DNA of 64,000 bases from Bacteroidales bacterium (GTDB lineage Bacteria; Bacteroidota; Bacteroidia; Bacteroidales; UBA7960), in the NCBI GenBank assembly GCA_019429365.1, contig JAHYJD010000005.1, positions 3,240 through 67,239 of the forward strand, in the 5' to 3' direction. The notes under the pieces are model-generated. The model did no database searches, was not told the DNA's origin, and was given only the letters and a program-made list of their open reading frames with translations. The first letter of the stretch is position 1; each line of letters opens with the position of its first letter. Shown here one piece after another: positions 26,744-36,623 of the stretch. The translations under genes were made by a program, and so were the position numbers.

Positions 26744-27637
26744 TTATTCAATTTTGAAAACTTCTATTTCCTCAACAAACATGCGGTCCATGTCGGTTAC
26801 GCCATAATGCCTGATAGCAATGTAAACGTTTTGCCCGGCATATTCAGAAAGGTCAACGGTTCTCTCAAGTGCGGTCCATTGCGGAGTATCTTCGGTAAAG
26901 GTTTCTTCAAAAAGCAGGCTAAAGTTTTCTAAAGCATCACTTCCTGCCGAAACAAAAATACCATAATGCTCCTTACGATAGCGGGGAGTAGTTGCTGTAA
27001 CACCAACGGTGTAGCGGAAAGTAACAACAGCACCCTCAGAAACAGAACTGAGGTCAACTTCCGGGAGCATTAGCCAGTTGTCGGGATTCAGGGCGGCGTC
27101 CTCGCTTGAGTCATAAGATTGACTTCTCATTTGTCCGAGGCCGTTTCTTACCCCAAAATACCAGTTGAATCCATCTCCATCGTTGTCGATGGCTTGCCAG
27201 CCCTCGGGCAGCCAGTATTCTTCATTGTCAGGAACCCCGCCCATAAAGTCTTCGGCATAAATTACCTGCTTGCCAAGGGTAAGGGTTACACTTTTCGAAA
27301 GATTGTTGTAATAAAGTTGGGTGGGGGCGGTCACTTCAAGTTTAATGGTAAATTGACCTGAAGAAGTGAAAAGCACGTAAGGATTTTCTTCGGTTGAGGT
27401 CTCGCCATTTCCAAAATCCCATTGATACGACTGGGCCTGGATGGATTTATTGGTTAGCTGAACCCCAAATGACTCTTGTCCGGTATCCTCATCAATAAAA
27501 ACTTCTACAAGGTAATCAAAATCAGCTTGGGTGCTGGCTTGGGGAATGTCAAAACCATCGTCGCGGCAGGCAAAAACCAGGAAGGTAAGACCTGCCAAAA
27601 CTGATAAAGCGATTGGATTTATTTTTTTTGTTTGCAT
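26744..27637 (-). CDS. Surface lipoprotein with a PKD-like domain and a cleaved-adhesin / choice-of-anchor-J-like domain (SusE/F position)
   Basis: Lipobox FLVFAC followed by RDDGFD (an acidic surface-export-like signal). PKD-like signature YQWDFGNGETS. Motif WQAIDNDGDGFNWYF. Confidence 0.65.
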   Translation of the reverse strand: MQTKKINPIALSVLAGLTFLVFACRDDGFDIPQASTQADFDYLVEVFIDEDTGQESFGVQLTNKSIQAQSYQWDFGNGETSTEENPYVLFTSSGQFTIKLEVTAPTQLYYNNLSKSVTLTLGKQVIYAEDFMGGVPDNEEYWLPEGWQAIDNDGDGFNWYFGVRNGLGQMRSQSYDSSEDAALNPDNWLMLPEVDLSSVSEGAVVTFRYTVGVTATTPRYRKEHYGIFVSAGSDALENFSLLFEETFTEDTPQWTALERTVDLSEYAGQNVYIAIRHYGVTDMDRMFVEEIEVFKIE

Positions 27638-27663
27638 AGCCTTTCTTTTTTTAGTTTAAGCAA

Positions 27664-29025
27664 TTAGTATCCCTCGTTCTGATACATTCCCGGATTGTCG
27701 TTAGCCAGGAGCTCATTGAGCGGAATGGGGAAAAGAGTTTGATTGGTGTTGTTTACATTTGGCAACACTTCAACGGCCCTGCCGGTACGCACCAGGTCGA
27801 ACCAGCGGTGGCCCTCAAAGGCAAATTCCTTTTGGCGCTGCGATTCTACTTCAAGCAGGAAGGCCGCAATGTTGGAACTCGTGGTTGGTAGGAGGCCAGC
27901 CCTTTCTCTGATCATGTTAATATCGCTCCGTATGGCTTCAAGGTTCTGATCTGAAGTCTTCCGCAGCTCGGCTTCTGCGCGGATCAGGTACATCTCGGCC
28001 AGGCGAAGTACATATACATTGTCGGTGCCGGTTTCTATGTCGTTGTATTTGTAAACATAGGGGTTGGCACCGTAATATTTCACAGAAATATCCTTGCGCA
28101 CATCGCTTGCCGCAAAAGAATTCAGGTAAAACTCGGTGGGAGCAAACTCATATCGCCCGCTTAAGGAGGTGTAGAAGAAATATTGGGCCATCCGGTTCCA
28201 GTCCTGCTCGTTATAATCAATTTCGAAAATTGATTCGCGGTTGGCGGTTCCGGAGAATAGGATGCTGTAATCAGACTCCAGCTCAAGGTTTGGGTGGTTA
28301 ATGACTGCAGTGGCATTGTTAATGGCCGTTTCCAGGAAAGGTTCCTGGCCTGTGAGGTAGTGCTGATGCAGGGCCACCCTGGCTTTCAATCCCTGGGCAG
28401 CGGGCTTCGAGGCCCTGCCCCTGACAATGGCTGAAGGCATATGCTGAATGGCAAAGTCGAGGTCAGTATTCACCTGCTGCAAAACCACTTCTATGCTTTC
28501 CCTTGGCACATTGAGGCTTGCTTCGTCGCCCGCCGAAGGACTTGTTCTGATGGGAACCGGCCCATACAAACGCATAAGATCGTAATGGGCCAGTGCCCTG
28601 ATAAAATACAACTCAGCCAGTGCAGTGTTTTTTTCGGTCTCGCTCATCGAGGCAATTTCAGGAATTTGAACGATCACGTTATTTACCCGGTTCAGCACGT
28701 TGTAAATGGCGATCCAAACCCCTTCCACCAGGCCGTTATCGGCCAGGATATTATTATTGTTTATTTCGGCGTAGCTAATGGTTACGCCCGAAAACCTAAG
28801 GTTGTCGGCCAGCAGGTCGCCGAAAACAAAATAGTCGAGGCCGTAATATGCACCGCTTTGCATGGCATCGTAGCAACCAATGATGCCTCTTTCAACCTCG
28901 GCAGCATTGGTTATGGCCTGGTCGGCAGGGATGGAATGATTCGGATCTACGTTCAGCACGTCGCATGACGCGAATGCCAGCAGTAAAAAAGCTGTTATGA
29001 TGGATTGTCGTTTCATTGTTTTCAT
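27664..29025 (-). CDS. RagB/SusD-family nutrient-binding outer-membrane lipoprotein
   Basis: Lipobox LLAFASC, TPR-like helical N-terminal part (RALAHYDLMRLYG), and C-terminal E.AFEGHRWFDLVR and P.P..EL motifs. Confidence 0.85.
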   Translation of the reverse strand: MKTMKRQSIITAFLLLAFASCDVLNVDPNHSIPADQAITNAAEVERGIIGCYDAMQSGAYYGLDYFVFGDLLADNLRFSGVTISYAEINNNNILADNGLVEGVWIAIYNVLNRVNNVIVQIPEIASMSETEKNTALAELYFIRALAHYDLMRLYGPVPIRTSPSAGDEASLNVPRESIEVVLQQVNTDLDFAIQHMPSAIVRGRASKPAAQGLKARVALHQHYLTGQEPFLETAINNATAVINHPNLELESDYSILFSGTANRESIFEIDYNEQDWNRMAQYFFYTSLSGRYEFAPTEFYLNSFAASDVRKDISVKYYGANPYVYKYNDIETGTDNVYVLRLAEMYLIRAEAELRKTSDQNLEAIRSDINMIRERAGLLPTTSSNIAAFLLEVESQRQKEFAFEGHRWFDLVRTGRAVEVLPNVNNTNQTLFPIPLNELLANDNPGMYQNEGY

Positions 29026-29028
29026 TTT

Positions 29029-30695
29029 TTATAATCCCAGATTTAAACCAACAGAAATAGTCCTGGCCTGGGGATAGGTAAAGAAATCGGTTCCCCTGAG
29101 CAGGTTGTTGTCGCCGGTATAGTTTACTTCCGGGTCCATTCCCGAGTAGTTGGTGAAGGTGAGCAGGTTCTGAGCCGAAACATAAACCCTGGCGTTCCTC
29201 ACTTTAAGGCGTTCGGCCAGTTGCTGGCTCAGGATGTATGAAAAAGTTAGGTTTTTAACCCTAAGGTAAGAGCCATCCTCCACAAAACGCGAAGAAATGC
29301 GGTTGTTGTTGTTGGGGTCGTTTTCGGTGGCCCTTGGAATATCTGTCAGGTCACCGGGCTCGCGCCAGCGCCGCAAAATGGCCGTGCTCTGGTTGTCCGA
29401 TCCCTTCATGGCTTCAATAAAAATACGGTTCCCATTAAAAATGTCGTTGCCATAAGAGAACTGCAGAAAAATGCTCAGCTCGAACTGACGGTAGGTCATG
29501 TTGTTTGTAAAGCCCCCGGTAAGTTTGGGATTGGGATCGCCGATCTTAACCCGGTCTTCGGCATTGATGAGCCCATCGCCGTTCACATCGTCAAAAACTA
29601 TATCGCCGGTCGAGGGATCCACTCCCAGGCTGCGGTAGCCGAAGAAAATACTCATGGGTTCACCCACCATTACTATACTCGGGCTGTAGCGGTCGAGGTT
29701 ATCGAGAGGCTGATCCTTATAAAGCGAAAGAATCTTATTGCGGTTGCGGCTGATGTTCAAACGCGAGTTCCATTCAAAAGCATTGGTTTGCACATTGATG
29801 GTGGTCAGCGAAAGTTCAATGCCGCGGTTTTCCAACTCGCCAATATTGGTAGTAATGGAGTAATATCCCGAGGTCATTGACACCGGTCTGTCGAAAAGAA
29901 GGTCTTTGGTGCGGTTGTGGTAATAGTCAGCGGCCAGGCTTACCCGTTCGTCAAGCACGGCCAGGTCTAGCCCCACGTTGATCTGCGCGGTAGTTTCCCA
30001 CTTCAGGTCGGGGTTTGGAAGCTGCGAGGGTGCAATACCGGCACTTCCCAAATAGTTGGTTCCGCCCCGGTAGAGGTTCAGGTAGGCAAAATCGGGGATG
30101 CCATCGTTGCCGGTAAGGCCAAAACTTGCCCTCATCCTGAACTCATCAAAAATACCGGAAAGCGGCTGAAAGAATGACTCCTCGGTAAGCCTCCATGCCA
30201 GCGACATGGCCGGGAAGAAGCCGTATTTGTTATTGTAGCCAAACTTGGTCGAGCCATCGTACCTTCCGCTGAAAGTAACAATATAGCGGTAGTCGTAGTT
30301 GTTTTTAAACTGTCCGAAATAGGAGTTCATTCCGCGGTTTACTGCCCTGGCATAAGAAGAAGTAATGGTCGCAGCCTCGGCAATATACTGGAAAAATGGA
30401 CCAGGGAAGTCTACCCCGCGGGCAAACTGGTTGCGGCGTTGATGGGTACCTCGGTGGTTACCATACCCACATAGCTAAACACAAGGGTGTCGCTGGCATT
30501 GGCTTCGAGGCGGTATTGGCCGTTGAGATCGGCCGTTGTACCCTGGGTGGTGTTTTTTATCATTACCGTGACCCCGGGCAGGGAAATGTTGTTTTCCATT
30601 ACCGAGGTTACGGTTCCCGTAACGGTAATTCTTTGTCCGAAAACAAAGACTGGCAACAGAAACAACAAAAACAGAAAAAGAAATCTTTGTTTCAT
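29029..30695 (-). pseudogene. SusC/RagA-type TonB-dependent transporter with a large internal deletion and frame break
   Basis: The N-terminal fragment (ATG 30695; signal peptide plus carboxypeptidase-regulatory-like domain ...GTVTSVMENN.SLPGVTVMIKNTTQGT..DLNGQYRL...EVPINAAT) stops at ~30411. The C-terminal half of the barrel (open from ~30474 in another frame, ...NSYFGQFKNNYDYRYIVTFSGRYDGSTKFG... to a terminal ...VGLNLGL) follows directly. The plug and first half of the barrel are missing, leaving ~1.67 kb against ~3 kb expected. Confidence 0.6.
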
Positions 30696-30978
30696 ATACG
30701 CTGGTTTTGGTTGGTTGAAATCAAAGAGAGCAAAAGATGCAGCCCGCTTTTTGGCAGACCGCCAAGTAAGGCTTAGGGCCAAGGCACCGCCGAGAGCTGA
30801 AAAATAAAGTGGCGATTGGGTGAGGCTTTCATTCCTAAGTAATTTTCTTCACAATATTAATAAAAAATTTTAAAAATTGACTTCCAAGCCATTTAATTTA
30901 ACTTTTTGAGATTTTTTTTGTGATCTTGTGATATTTTAGCAGCATTTTGCCGGGGCAACCGTTATAGCAAAATTGTGT

Positions 30979-30986
30979 TAATTTTG
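30979..30986 (+). promoter_or_regulatory. Candidate -7 promoter box (TAatTTTG) for asnS
   Basis: TAATTTTG lies about 45 nt upstream of the asnS ATG. Confidence 0.4.
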
Positions 30987-31031
30987 TAGGCCAAATTTGT
31001 ACCCCTTTGCGGGAAAAATATTGTAAAATCG

Positions 31032-32441
31032 ATGGAAGAACTGAAAAGACAGAGAGTATTTAATTTGCTGAAAAGCGATGTGAGCCATTTAATTGGTCAG
31101 AAGATCAACGTAAAAGGCTGGGTGCGGACCAAAAGGGGAAATAAAAACGTGAATTTTATTGCCCTCAACGATGGTTCGATCATTCATAATATTCAGATTG
31201 TTGTTGATGTTCAGGCGTTTAATAACGACGACTTGCTAAAGAACGTAACCACTGGCTCGTGTATTTCGGTCGATGGCCTTCTTGTAGAATCGCAGGGGCA
31301 AGGGCAAAATATTGAGATTCATGCTTCGGAAATAGCGCTTTATGGTTCTGCAGATCCTGATAAATATCCCTTGCAGAAGAAAGGTCACACCCTGGAATTT
31401 TTGCGCGAAATAGCTCATTTACGGCCTCGTACAAATACTTTTGGTGCGATTTTTCGAATTCGTCATGCACTGGCCTTTGCCATTCATAAATACTTCAACG
31501 ATATTGGCTTTTATTACCTGCATACACCTATCATCACTGGTTCTGATGCCGAAGGGGCAGGGGCTATGTTCAGGGTTACCACTCTCGATATGCAAAACCC
31601 TCCGCGCAAGGAAGATGGAGGTATAGATTACAGCGAAGACTTTTTTGGCAAGGAAACCAACCTTACTGTTTCGGGCCAGCTCGAAGGCGAGCTGGGTGCC
31701 CTGGCCCTTTCAAATATTTATACTTTCGGGCCCACTTTCAGGGCAGAAAACTCTAACACTACCCGCCACCTGGCCGAATTCTGGATGATTGAACCCGAAA
31801 TGGCGTTTTACGACATTAAGGATAACATGGATCTGGCCGAAGATTTCCTAAAATACCTGATCGGATATTTGCTCGAAAATTGCAGCGACGACCTGGAGTT
31901 TTTGCAGAAAATGTATGATAAGGAGTTGCTTGATCGCCTGAATTTTGTGGTTGAGAATAAGTTCGAACGCCTCAGTTACACCGAGGCCATCGAAATATTG
32001 CTTGCCTCGGGGCAACAATTCGAATTTCCCGTTAGCTGGGGTGTTGACCTGCAGGCCGAGCACGAGCGCTACCTCGTTGAGAAACACTTTAAGAAGCCCG
32101 TTATTCTTACCAATTACCCAAAGGAGATCAAGGCTTTTTATATGAAAATTAACGATGACAATAAGACCGTACGCGCCATGGATGTGTTGTTTCCAAAGAT
32201 TGGCGAAATTATAGGAGGCTCGCAGCGCGAAGAGAATTACGACAAACTTTTCGGGCGTATAAAGGAAATGGGCATTCACGAAGAGGACGTATGGTGGTAT
32301 CTCGAAACCCGCAAATATGGCACTGCACCGCACAGCGGCTTCGGCCTGGGATTCGAGCGTCTGATGCTGTTTGTTACCGGTATGGGCAATATTCGCGACG
32401 TGATACCCTTCCCCAGGACTCCGCAAAACGCAGAATTTTAG
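31032..32441 (+). CDS. asnS: Asparagine--tRNA ligase
   Basis: 469-aa ORF with an OB-fold N-terminus ([19 protein letters not shown]) and class IIb motifs ([32 protein letters not shown]). Confidence 0.9.
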   Translation: MEELKRQRVFNLLKSDVSHLIGQKINVKGWVRTKRGNKNVNFIALNDGSIIHNIQIVVDVQAFNNDDLLKNVTTGSCISVDGLLVESQGQGQNIEIHASEIALYGSADPDKYPLQKKGHTLEFLREIAHLRPRTNTFGAIFRIRHALAFAIHKYFNDIGFYYLHTPIITGSDAEGAGAMFRVTTLDMQNPPRKEDGGIDYSEDFFGKETNLTVSGQLEGELGALALSNIYTFGPTFRAENSNTTRHLAEFWMIEPEMAFYDIKDNMDLAEDFLKYLIGYLLENCSDDLEFLQKMYDKELLDRLNFVVENKFERLSYTEAIEILLASGQQFEFPVSWGVDLQAEHERYLVEKHFKKPVILTNYPKEIKAFYMKINDDNKTVRAMDVLFPKIGEIIGGSQREENYDKLFGRIKEMGIHEEDVWWYLETRKYGTAPHSGFGLGFERLMLFVTGMGNIRDVIPFPRTPQNAEF

Positions 32442-32552
32442 TATGTAAGAACCATTGGCTTCAAAAAATTTTTTAACTTGGATTGCGTTTGAAAATTGGG
32501 TCGGACGCATCACAAGTTCAGAAATGAAGTAAGATTTAATTGCAGGATAAAA

Positions 32553-34049
32553 ATGCTCACACAGAAACTTCAGCAAAAACTTTTGCAAAAGCTGTCTCCC
32601 CAGCAGATACAGCTCATGAAGCTTCTGCAGGTCCCTACCATTATGCTCGAGCAGCGCATAAAGCAGGAGATTGAAGAAAACCCTGCCCTGGAAGAGGGCC
32701 GCGAAGATGGGGAAGAAACCGAGGACCAGTTTGATGATGATTTCGAACAAGATTACGATGAGGCTGGCAACGAAGTGGTTGCTGAGGAGCCTGAGCGCAA
32801 TCAGGACGATGAGTTTGACCTGAGCGACTACATCGACGACGACGAGATACCTGCATATCGCCTCAATGCAAATAATACAAGTGCCGACGACGAGCGCAAG
32901 GAAATCCCCTTTGCTTCGGGCACCAGTTTTCAGGAGTTGCTGCTCTCGCAACTGGGCCTTCGCAAGCTTAATGAACGCGAGCAACTTATTGCCACCCACA
33001 TTATTGGAAACATTGATGACTCCGGCTATCTGCAGCGAGATATTCATTCGCTGATCGACGACCTTGCCTTTAACCAGAACCTGCAAAGCAGCTTCAAGGA
33101 AATTCTTGGCTTGTTGCGTATTATTCAGGAGTTCGACCCCCCGGGCGTTGGTGCACGTGACTTGCAGGAATGCCTGTTGCTGCAGATCAGACGGGTATCG
33201 CCCCGAACTCCCCAGGTTCAAAATGCCATTCTGCTACTCGAAAAGAATTTCAATGACTTTACACGAAAGCATTTCGACAAAATTCAGAAAAAGCACAATT
33301 TCAGCGACGATGAGCTTAAGGAAGCCATTGATGAAATCTTGAAACTTAATCCTAAACCTGGCAACTCGCTGAGCGAGTCGGGAAGGGCGTCGCAATATAT
33401 TGTGCCTGATTTTTATGTCACTGTCAGTGATGGCGAGATGGAACTTTCGCTCAACTCGCGCAATGCACCCGATCTGCGCATAAACCGTACCTACTCCGAA
33501 ATGCTCGAAACCATGGCCGAGTCGAAGGGTAAGGCCGATAAAAGGCAGAAAGAGGCTGTGATGTTTGTAAAACAGAAGCTCGATAGCGCACGGTGGTTTA
33601 TCGATGCCATCCGCCAGCGGCAAAACACCCTGCTGGTAACCATGGAAGCTATTCTCAACTATCAGCAGGAGTATTTCCTTACAGGTGATGAGACAAAACT
33701 GCGGCCAATGATCCTCAAAGACATTGCCGAAATTGTAAAACTTGATATTTCAACTATTTCCAGGGTGGCCAACAGTAAATATGTGCAAACGCCTTATGGA
33801 ACATTCCTGCTGAAAACCTTTTTCTCAGAATCCCTTCAGAATGATTCGGGCGAAGAAGTTTCAACGCGCGAAGTAAAAAAGATTCTTCAGGATTGCATTG
33901 AGGCTGAGGACAAGGTAAAACCGGTTACCGACGAAGAGCTGGCAGCCATTTTAAAGGAAAGGGGCTACAACATTGCCCGCCGAACGGTGGCAAAATACCG
34001 CGAGCAACTCGACATACCTGTGGCCAGGCTGCGAAAGGAACTTTTATGA
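32553..34049 (+). CDS. rpoN: RNA polymerase sigma-54 factor
   Basis: MLTQKLQQKLLQKLSPQQIQLMKLLQ (region I), an acidic region II, and a C-terminal RpoN box ARRTVAKYRE. I chose the ATG at 32553 over 32496. Confidence 0.9.
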   Translation: MLTQKLQQKLLQKLSPQQIQLMKLLQVPTIMLEQRIKQEIEENPALEEGREDGEETEDQFDDDFEQDYDEAGNEVVAEEPERNQDDEFDLSDYIDDDEIPAYRLNANNTSADDERKEIPFASGTSFQELLLSQLGLRKLNEREQLIATHIIGNIDDSGYLQRDIHSLIDDLAFNQNLQSSFKEILGLLRIIQEFDPPGVGARDLQECLLLQIRRVSPRTPQVQNAILLLEKNFNDFTRKHFDKIQKKHNFSDDELKEAIDEILKLNPKPGNSLSESGRASQYIVPDFYVTVSDGEMELSLNSRNAPDLRINRTYSEMLETMAESKGKADKRQKEAVMFVKQKLDSARWFIDAIRQRQNTLLVTMEAILNYQQEYFLTGDETKLRPMILKDIAEIVKLDISTISRVANSKYVQTPYGTFLLKTFFSESLQNDSGEEVSTREVKKILQDCIEAEDKVKPVTDEELAAILKERGYNIARRTVAKYREQLDIPVARLRKELL

Positions 34050-34669
34050 AAAATGAAAACCGGGCAGCCAGCCTGCTCTCAGCCCTGCTGCACCCGCTTA
34101 TACTGCCCACCCTGGGGCTAATCATACTGTTTAACCTGAACACCTACCTTTCTTATTCCATACCCGGACAGGCAAAGAAGTTCATTCTGCTAATTGTCTT
34201 TATCAATTCGGCCATAGCGCCCGTTTTGTCCATTCTTTTGCTGAAGAAGACTGGTTTTATTAAAGACATTACCCTCGACGACCGCAGCGAACGCATGCTG
34301 CCACTGCTGCTTTCAGCAATTTATTTCTTTCTGACCTATTTTCTTCTCCGAAAGGTGGCCTTGCCCTCCTTACTATATTTCTACATAATCGGGGCCACCA
34401 TGCTGGTTTTACTTTCACTAATCATTACCTATCGTTGGAAAATCAGCATTCATATGGTTTCCATGGGGGGATTTACCGGATTTCTTATCAGCATTGCCCT
34501 GCTGTTGCAAATCGATGTTTACTGGCTGCTGATGCTTACCTTCCTGCTTTCGGGCATGCTGGGCACGGCCCGGGTAATAGTAAACGCCCACGACTTACCC
34601 CAGGTGTTTGCAGGGTATGCCATGGGCGTTGGTGTTATGCTGGTGTTGTTTCTTTACCTCAAGGCTTAG
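34046..34669 (+). CDS. PAP2-superfamily membrane phosphatase-like protein
   Basis: 207-aa ORF with about 6 TM segments. Motifs KISIHMVSMGG and ARV..NAH....QV..GY resemble the acid phosphatase motifs. It overlaps the rpoN stop by 4 nt. Confidence 0.55.
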   Translation: MKNENRAASLLSALLHPLILPTLGLIILFNLNTYLSYSIPGQAKKFILLIVFINSAIAPVLSILLLKKTGFIKDITLDDRSERMLPLLLSAIYFFLTYFLLRKVALPSLLYFYIIGATMLVLLSLIITYRWKISIHMVSMGGFTGFLISIALLLQIDVYWLLMLTFLLSGMLGTARVIVNAHDLPQVFAGYAMGVGVMLVLFLYLKA

Positions 34670-35388
34670 TAAACAATAAACGTTAAGCCAAGCGAAAAAG
34701 GTTTCATGTCGGTTACACTGTTATCTTTGAAAATTTTAGTAAGCGGCAGGTAGGCGTTCAGGTTAATGCGCCCGTATCCTATGCGTCCGGAAAGGCCAAA
34801 TTGAAACTTTTCCAGGTTACCCAGTTTGTGTTCCTTGTATTTCCTTTCCTCTTGTGTGCTGATTCCAACCCCTCCGTTATCATTTTTAATATGGGTTTTG
34901 GTGTGGGCATTAACCAGGTAACCTGCCCTCACCCCGGCGGTAATCCTGAACGTATGGGGCAGGCTGTTGTTGCGATACCTCAGCTCGAGTGGGAGGTTCA
35001 GATAATTTAGGTTTAGCTTGTTTTTCTTTACTTCACCATAGGTGTCGCCAATAGGAGTAAAATCGTAAGTGCCAGGCTGAGGGAAAGTTGATGACCAGAA
35101 CATTGGTGCATAATCAAAAAAATGATCGCTGTAAAGATTGTGGCTTGCAATACCCAGGCCGGTGGCAAAGCTAATAGGGGAGTTGCCCAGGGGAAAATCC
35201 TGCATCATGGTAATGTTTATCCCTCGGTTTATGGTGTTCATGTCCATGTTCTCTGGCGCATTACTCCATATATCCGTAAAAAAGTCGATCATAAGGCGGT
35301 CGGAGCGGCCCCTGAGTAAATCCTCCTGGGCAAATGCAGCCCCTGCCATTAGCCAGGTTGCTGTAAGAAAAATAAAAAGACGTTTCAT
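34666..35388 (-). CDS. Outer-membrane beta-barrel protein (porin-like, unknown function)
   Basis: Signal peptide MKRLFIFLTATWLMAGAAFAQ, alternating amphipathic strands, and an aromatic C-terminus ...GLTFIVY. Confidence 0.65.
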   Translation of the reverse strand: MKRLFIFLTATWLMAGAAFAQEDLLRGRSDRLMIDFFTDIWSNAPENMDMNTINRGINITMMQDFPLGNSPISFATGLGIASHNLYSDHFFDYAPMFWSSTFPQPGTYDFTPIGDTYGEVKKNKLNLNYLNLPLELRYRNNSLPHTFRITAGVRAGYLVNAHTKTHIKNDNGGVGISTQEERKYKEHKLGNLEKFQFGLSGRIGYGRINLNAYLPLTKIFKDNSVTDMKPFSLGLTFIVY

Positions 35389-35531
35389 ATCAATACGGTT
35401 TTTATGAAAATTGATTCATGTTAAGTTTCTTTGATTCTAAAAAGATTGCAAATTTTGCAATATAAAAGTAAGGAAAAAACCGGCAATTTTGCATTAAAGT
35501 CTACTTTGAGCAAAAACAGTGCCTTTAAGGT

Positions 35532-36500
35532 TTACTGCTGCAGGTATTTTTTTTCGCCTTCAGGCATGTATTTTTCAAACGACTTCAGGTGGAGCATTTC
35601 GTCACCCGTTTTCTTGCCAAGTTTTATCAACTCCTGAAACTGCATTTTTATTTCCTCAAACCCATACTTTAGCCTTGCTTCGAGGGCGGCTTGCAAGGTG
35701 GGATTCAAGGTTTTTTTCAAAAACGGTACCGCCATAAATACGGGTATTTTCAGCAACCAAAAAGGAAAAATGCTTACCGCTTTCAGGCCGCTCGTGCGGG
35801 AAAAACTCAATATTTCCCTCATGCTGTATAGCGATTGGCCGATCAGTTTGTTGTTTTCGGCAAACAGCCTGAAACTGCCTGCCTTGATAACAGGTCCCAG
35901 CATGGCTGCCTGCCAGGCAAAATGTCCCCTGATCCGGGGTTCAATGGAGGGCACTTCTTTTGGTTGAAGCCCGGAACTCTTCATAATGGCAGCAATTTCC
36001 TGCAGGCGTTGGCTGGTTTTTCCGTCGGGTTCGCCGAGGTAGGTATAGTTGCCGCCAAACAGGTAGCAATTTATCCCGCCAAGGGTTTGTGCACCAAGCA
36101 CCATGGCAGGTAAGCCAAAAAAGAAACGCCCCTTGGGCAAGTGTTTTTCGATCAAGGCAAATTCATTCCACAAATGGCCCAGAAAAAGGATATGGGCGTT
36201 GCCCGAAAATTTGGCAATATGTGGCAAGGCATCGCCAAGCTGGAAATTCTTAATGGCTACTATGATCAGGTCAAAGTTGTCTTTTGGTTCCAGGCGATCG
36301 ATGGTTTTGGGCCGGAAAACCGTTTTCTTGTATTCCTTCTCTTTTCCGCGCACATCGGTGCAGGTAATGGTAACACCCGAATGGCTGTAACGTACCAGCC
36401 GCTGCCTGCGCACCAACAGGCTCACGTCGTGGCCTGCCTCCCACATTTGCCAGGCATAGGTGGTTCCTATCACACCGGCTCCAAAAACAAGAATCTTCAT
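35532..36500 (-). CDS. Ketopantoate-reductase (ApbA/PanE)-like NAD(P)-binding oxidoreductase
   Basis: N-terminal Rossmann motif MKILVFGAGVIGTTYA. Length and layout are consistent with the KPR-like family. The substrate is unknown. Confidence 0.55.
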   Translation of the reverse strand: MKILVFGAGVIGTTYAWQMWEAGHDVSLLVRRQRLVRYSHSGVTITCTDVRGKEKEYKKTVFRPKTIDRLEPKDNFDLIIVAIKNFQLGDALPHIAKFSGNAHILFLGHLWNEFALIEKHLPKGRFFFGLPAMVLGAQTLGGINCYLFGGNYTYLGEPDGKTSQRLQEIAAIMKSSGLQPKEVPSIEPRIRGHFAWQAAMLGPVIKAGSFRLFAENNKLIGQSLYSMREILSFSRTSGLKAVSIFPFWLLKIPVFMAVPFLKKTLNPTLQAALEARLKYGFEEIKMQFQELIKLGKKTGDEMLHLKSFEKYMPEGEKKYLQQ

Positions 36501-36623
36501 GCAGTATTAAATTGAAAACTTGTTCAAAAATACAAAACACTTATTCATATTTTTCGATTTTTTTCACCGAAACATGGCTGCCCCGCCTCTATTTATTAAT
36601 TTTACCTGCAATCGCCAGGAAAA

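Noticed and set aside
31848-33221. A 457-aa ORF on the minus strand spanning the asnS 3' end, the intergenic gap and the rpoN 5' end.
   Set aside because: It is entirely antisense to two confidently identified genes. Its translation is L/V/I/F/Q-rich with no recognisable motif, signal or domain. I treat it as a codon-bias artefact, although the length across an intergenic gap is unusual.
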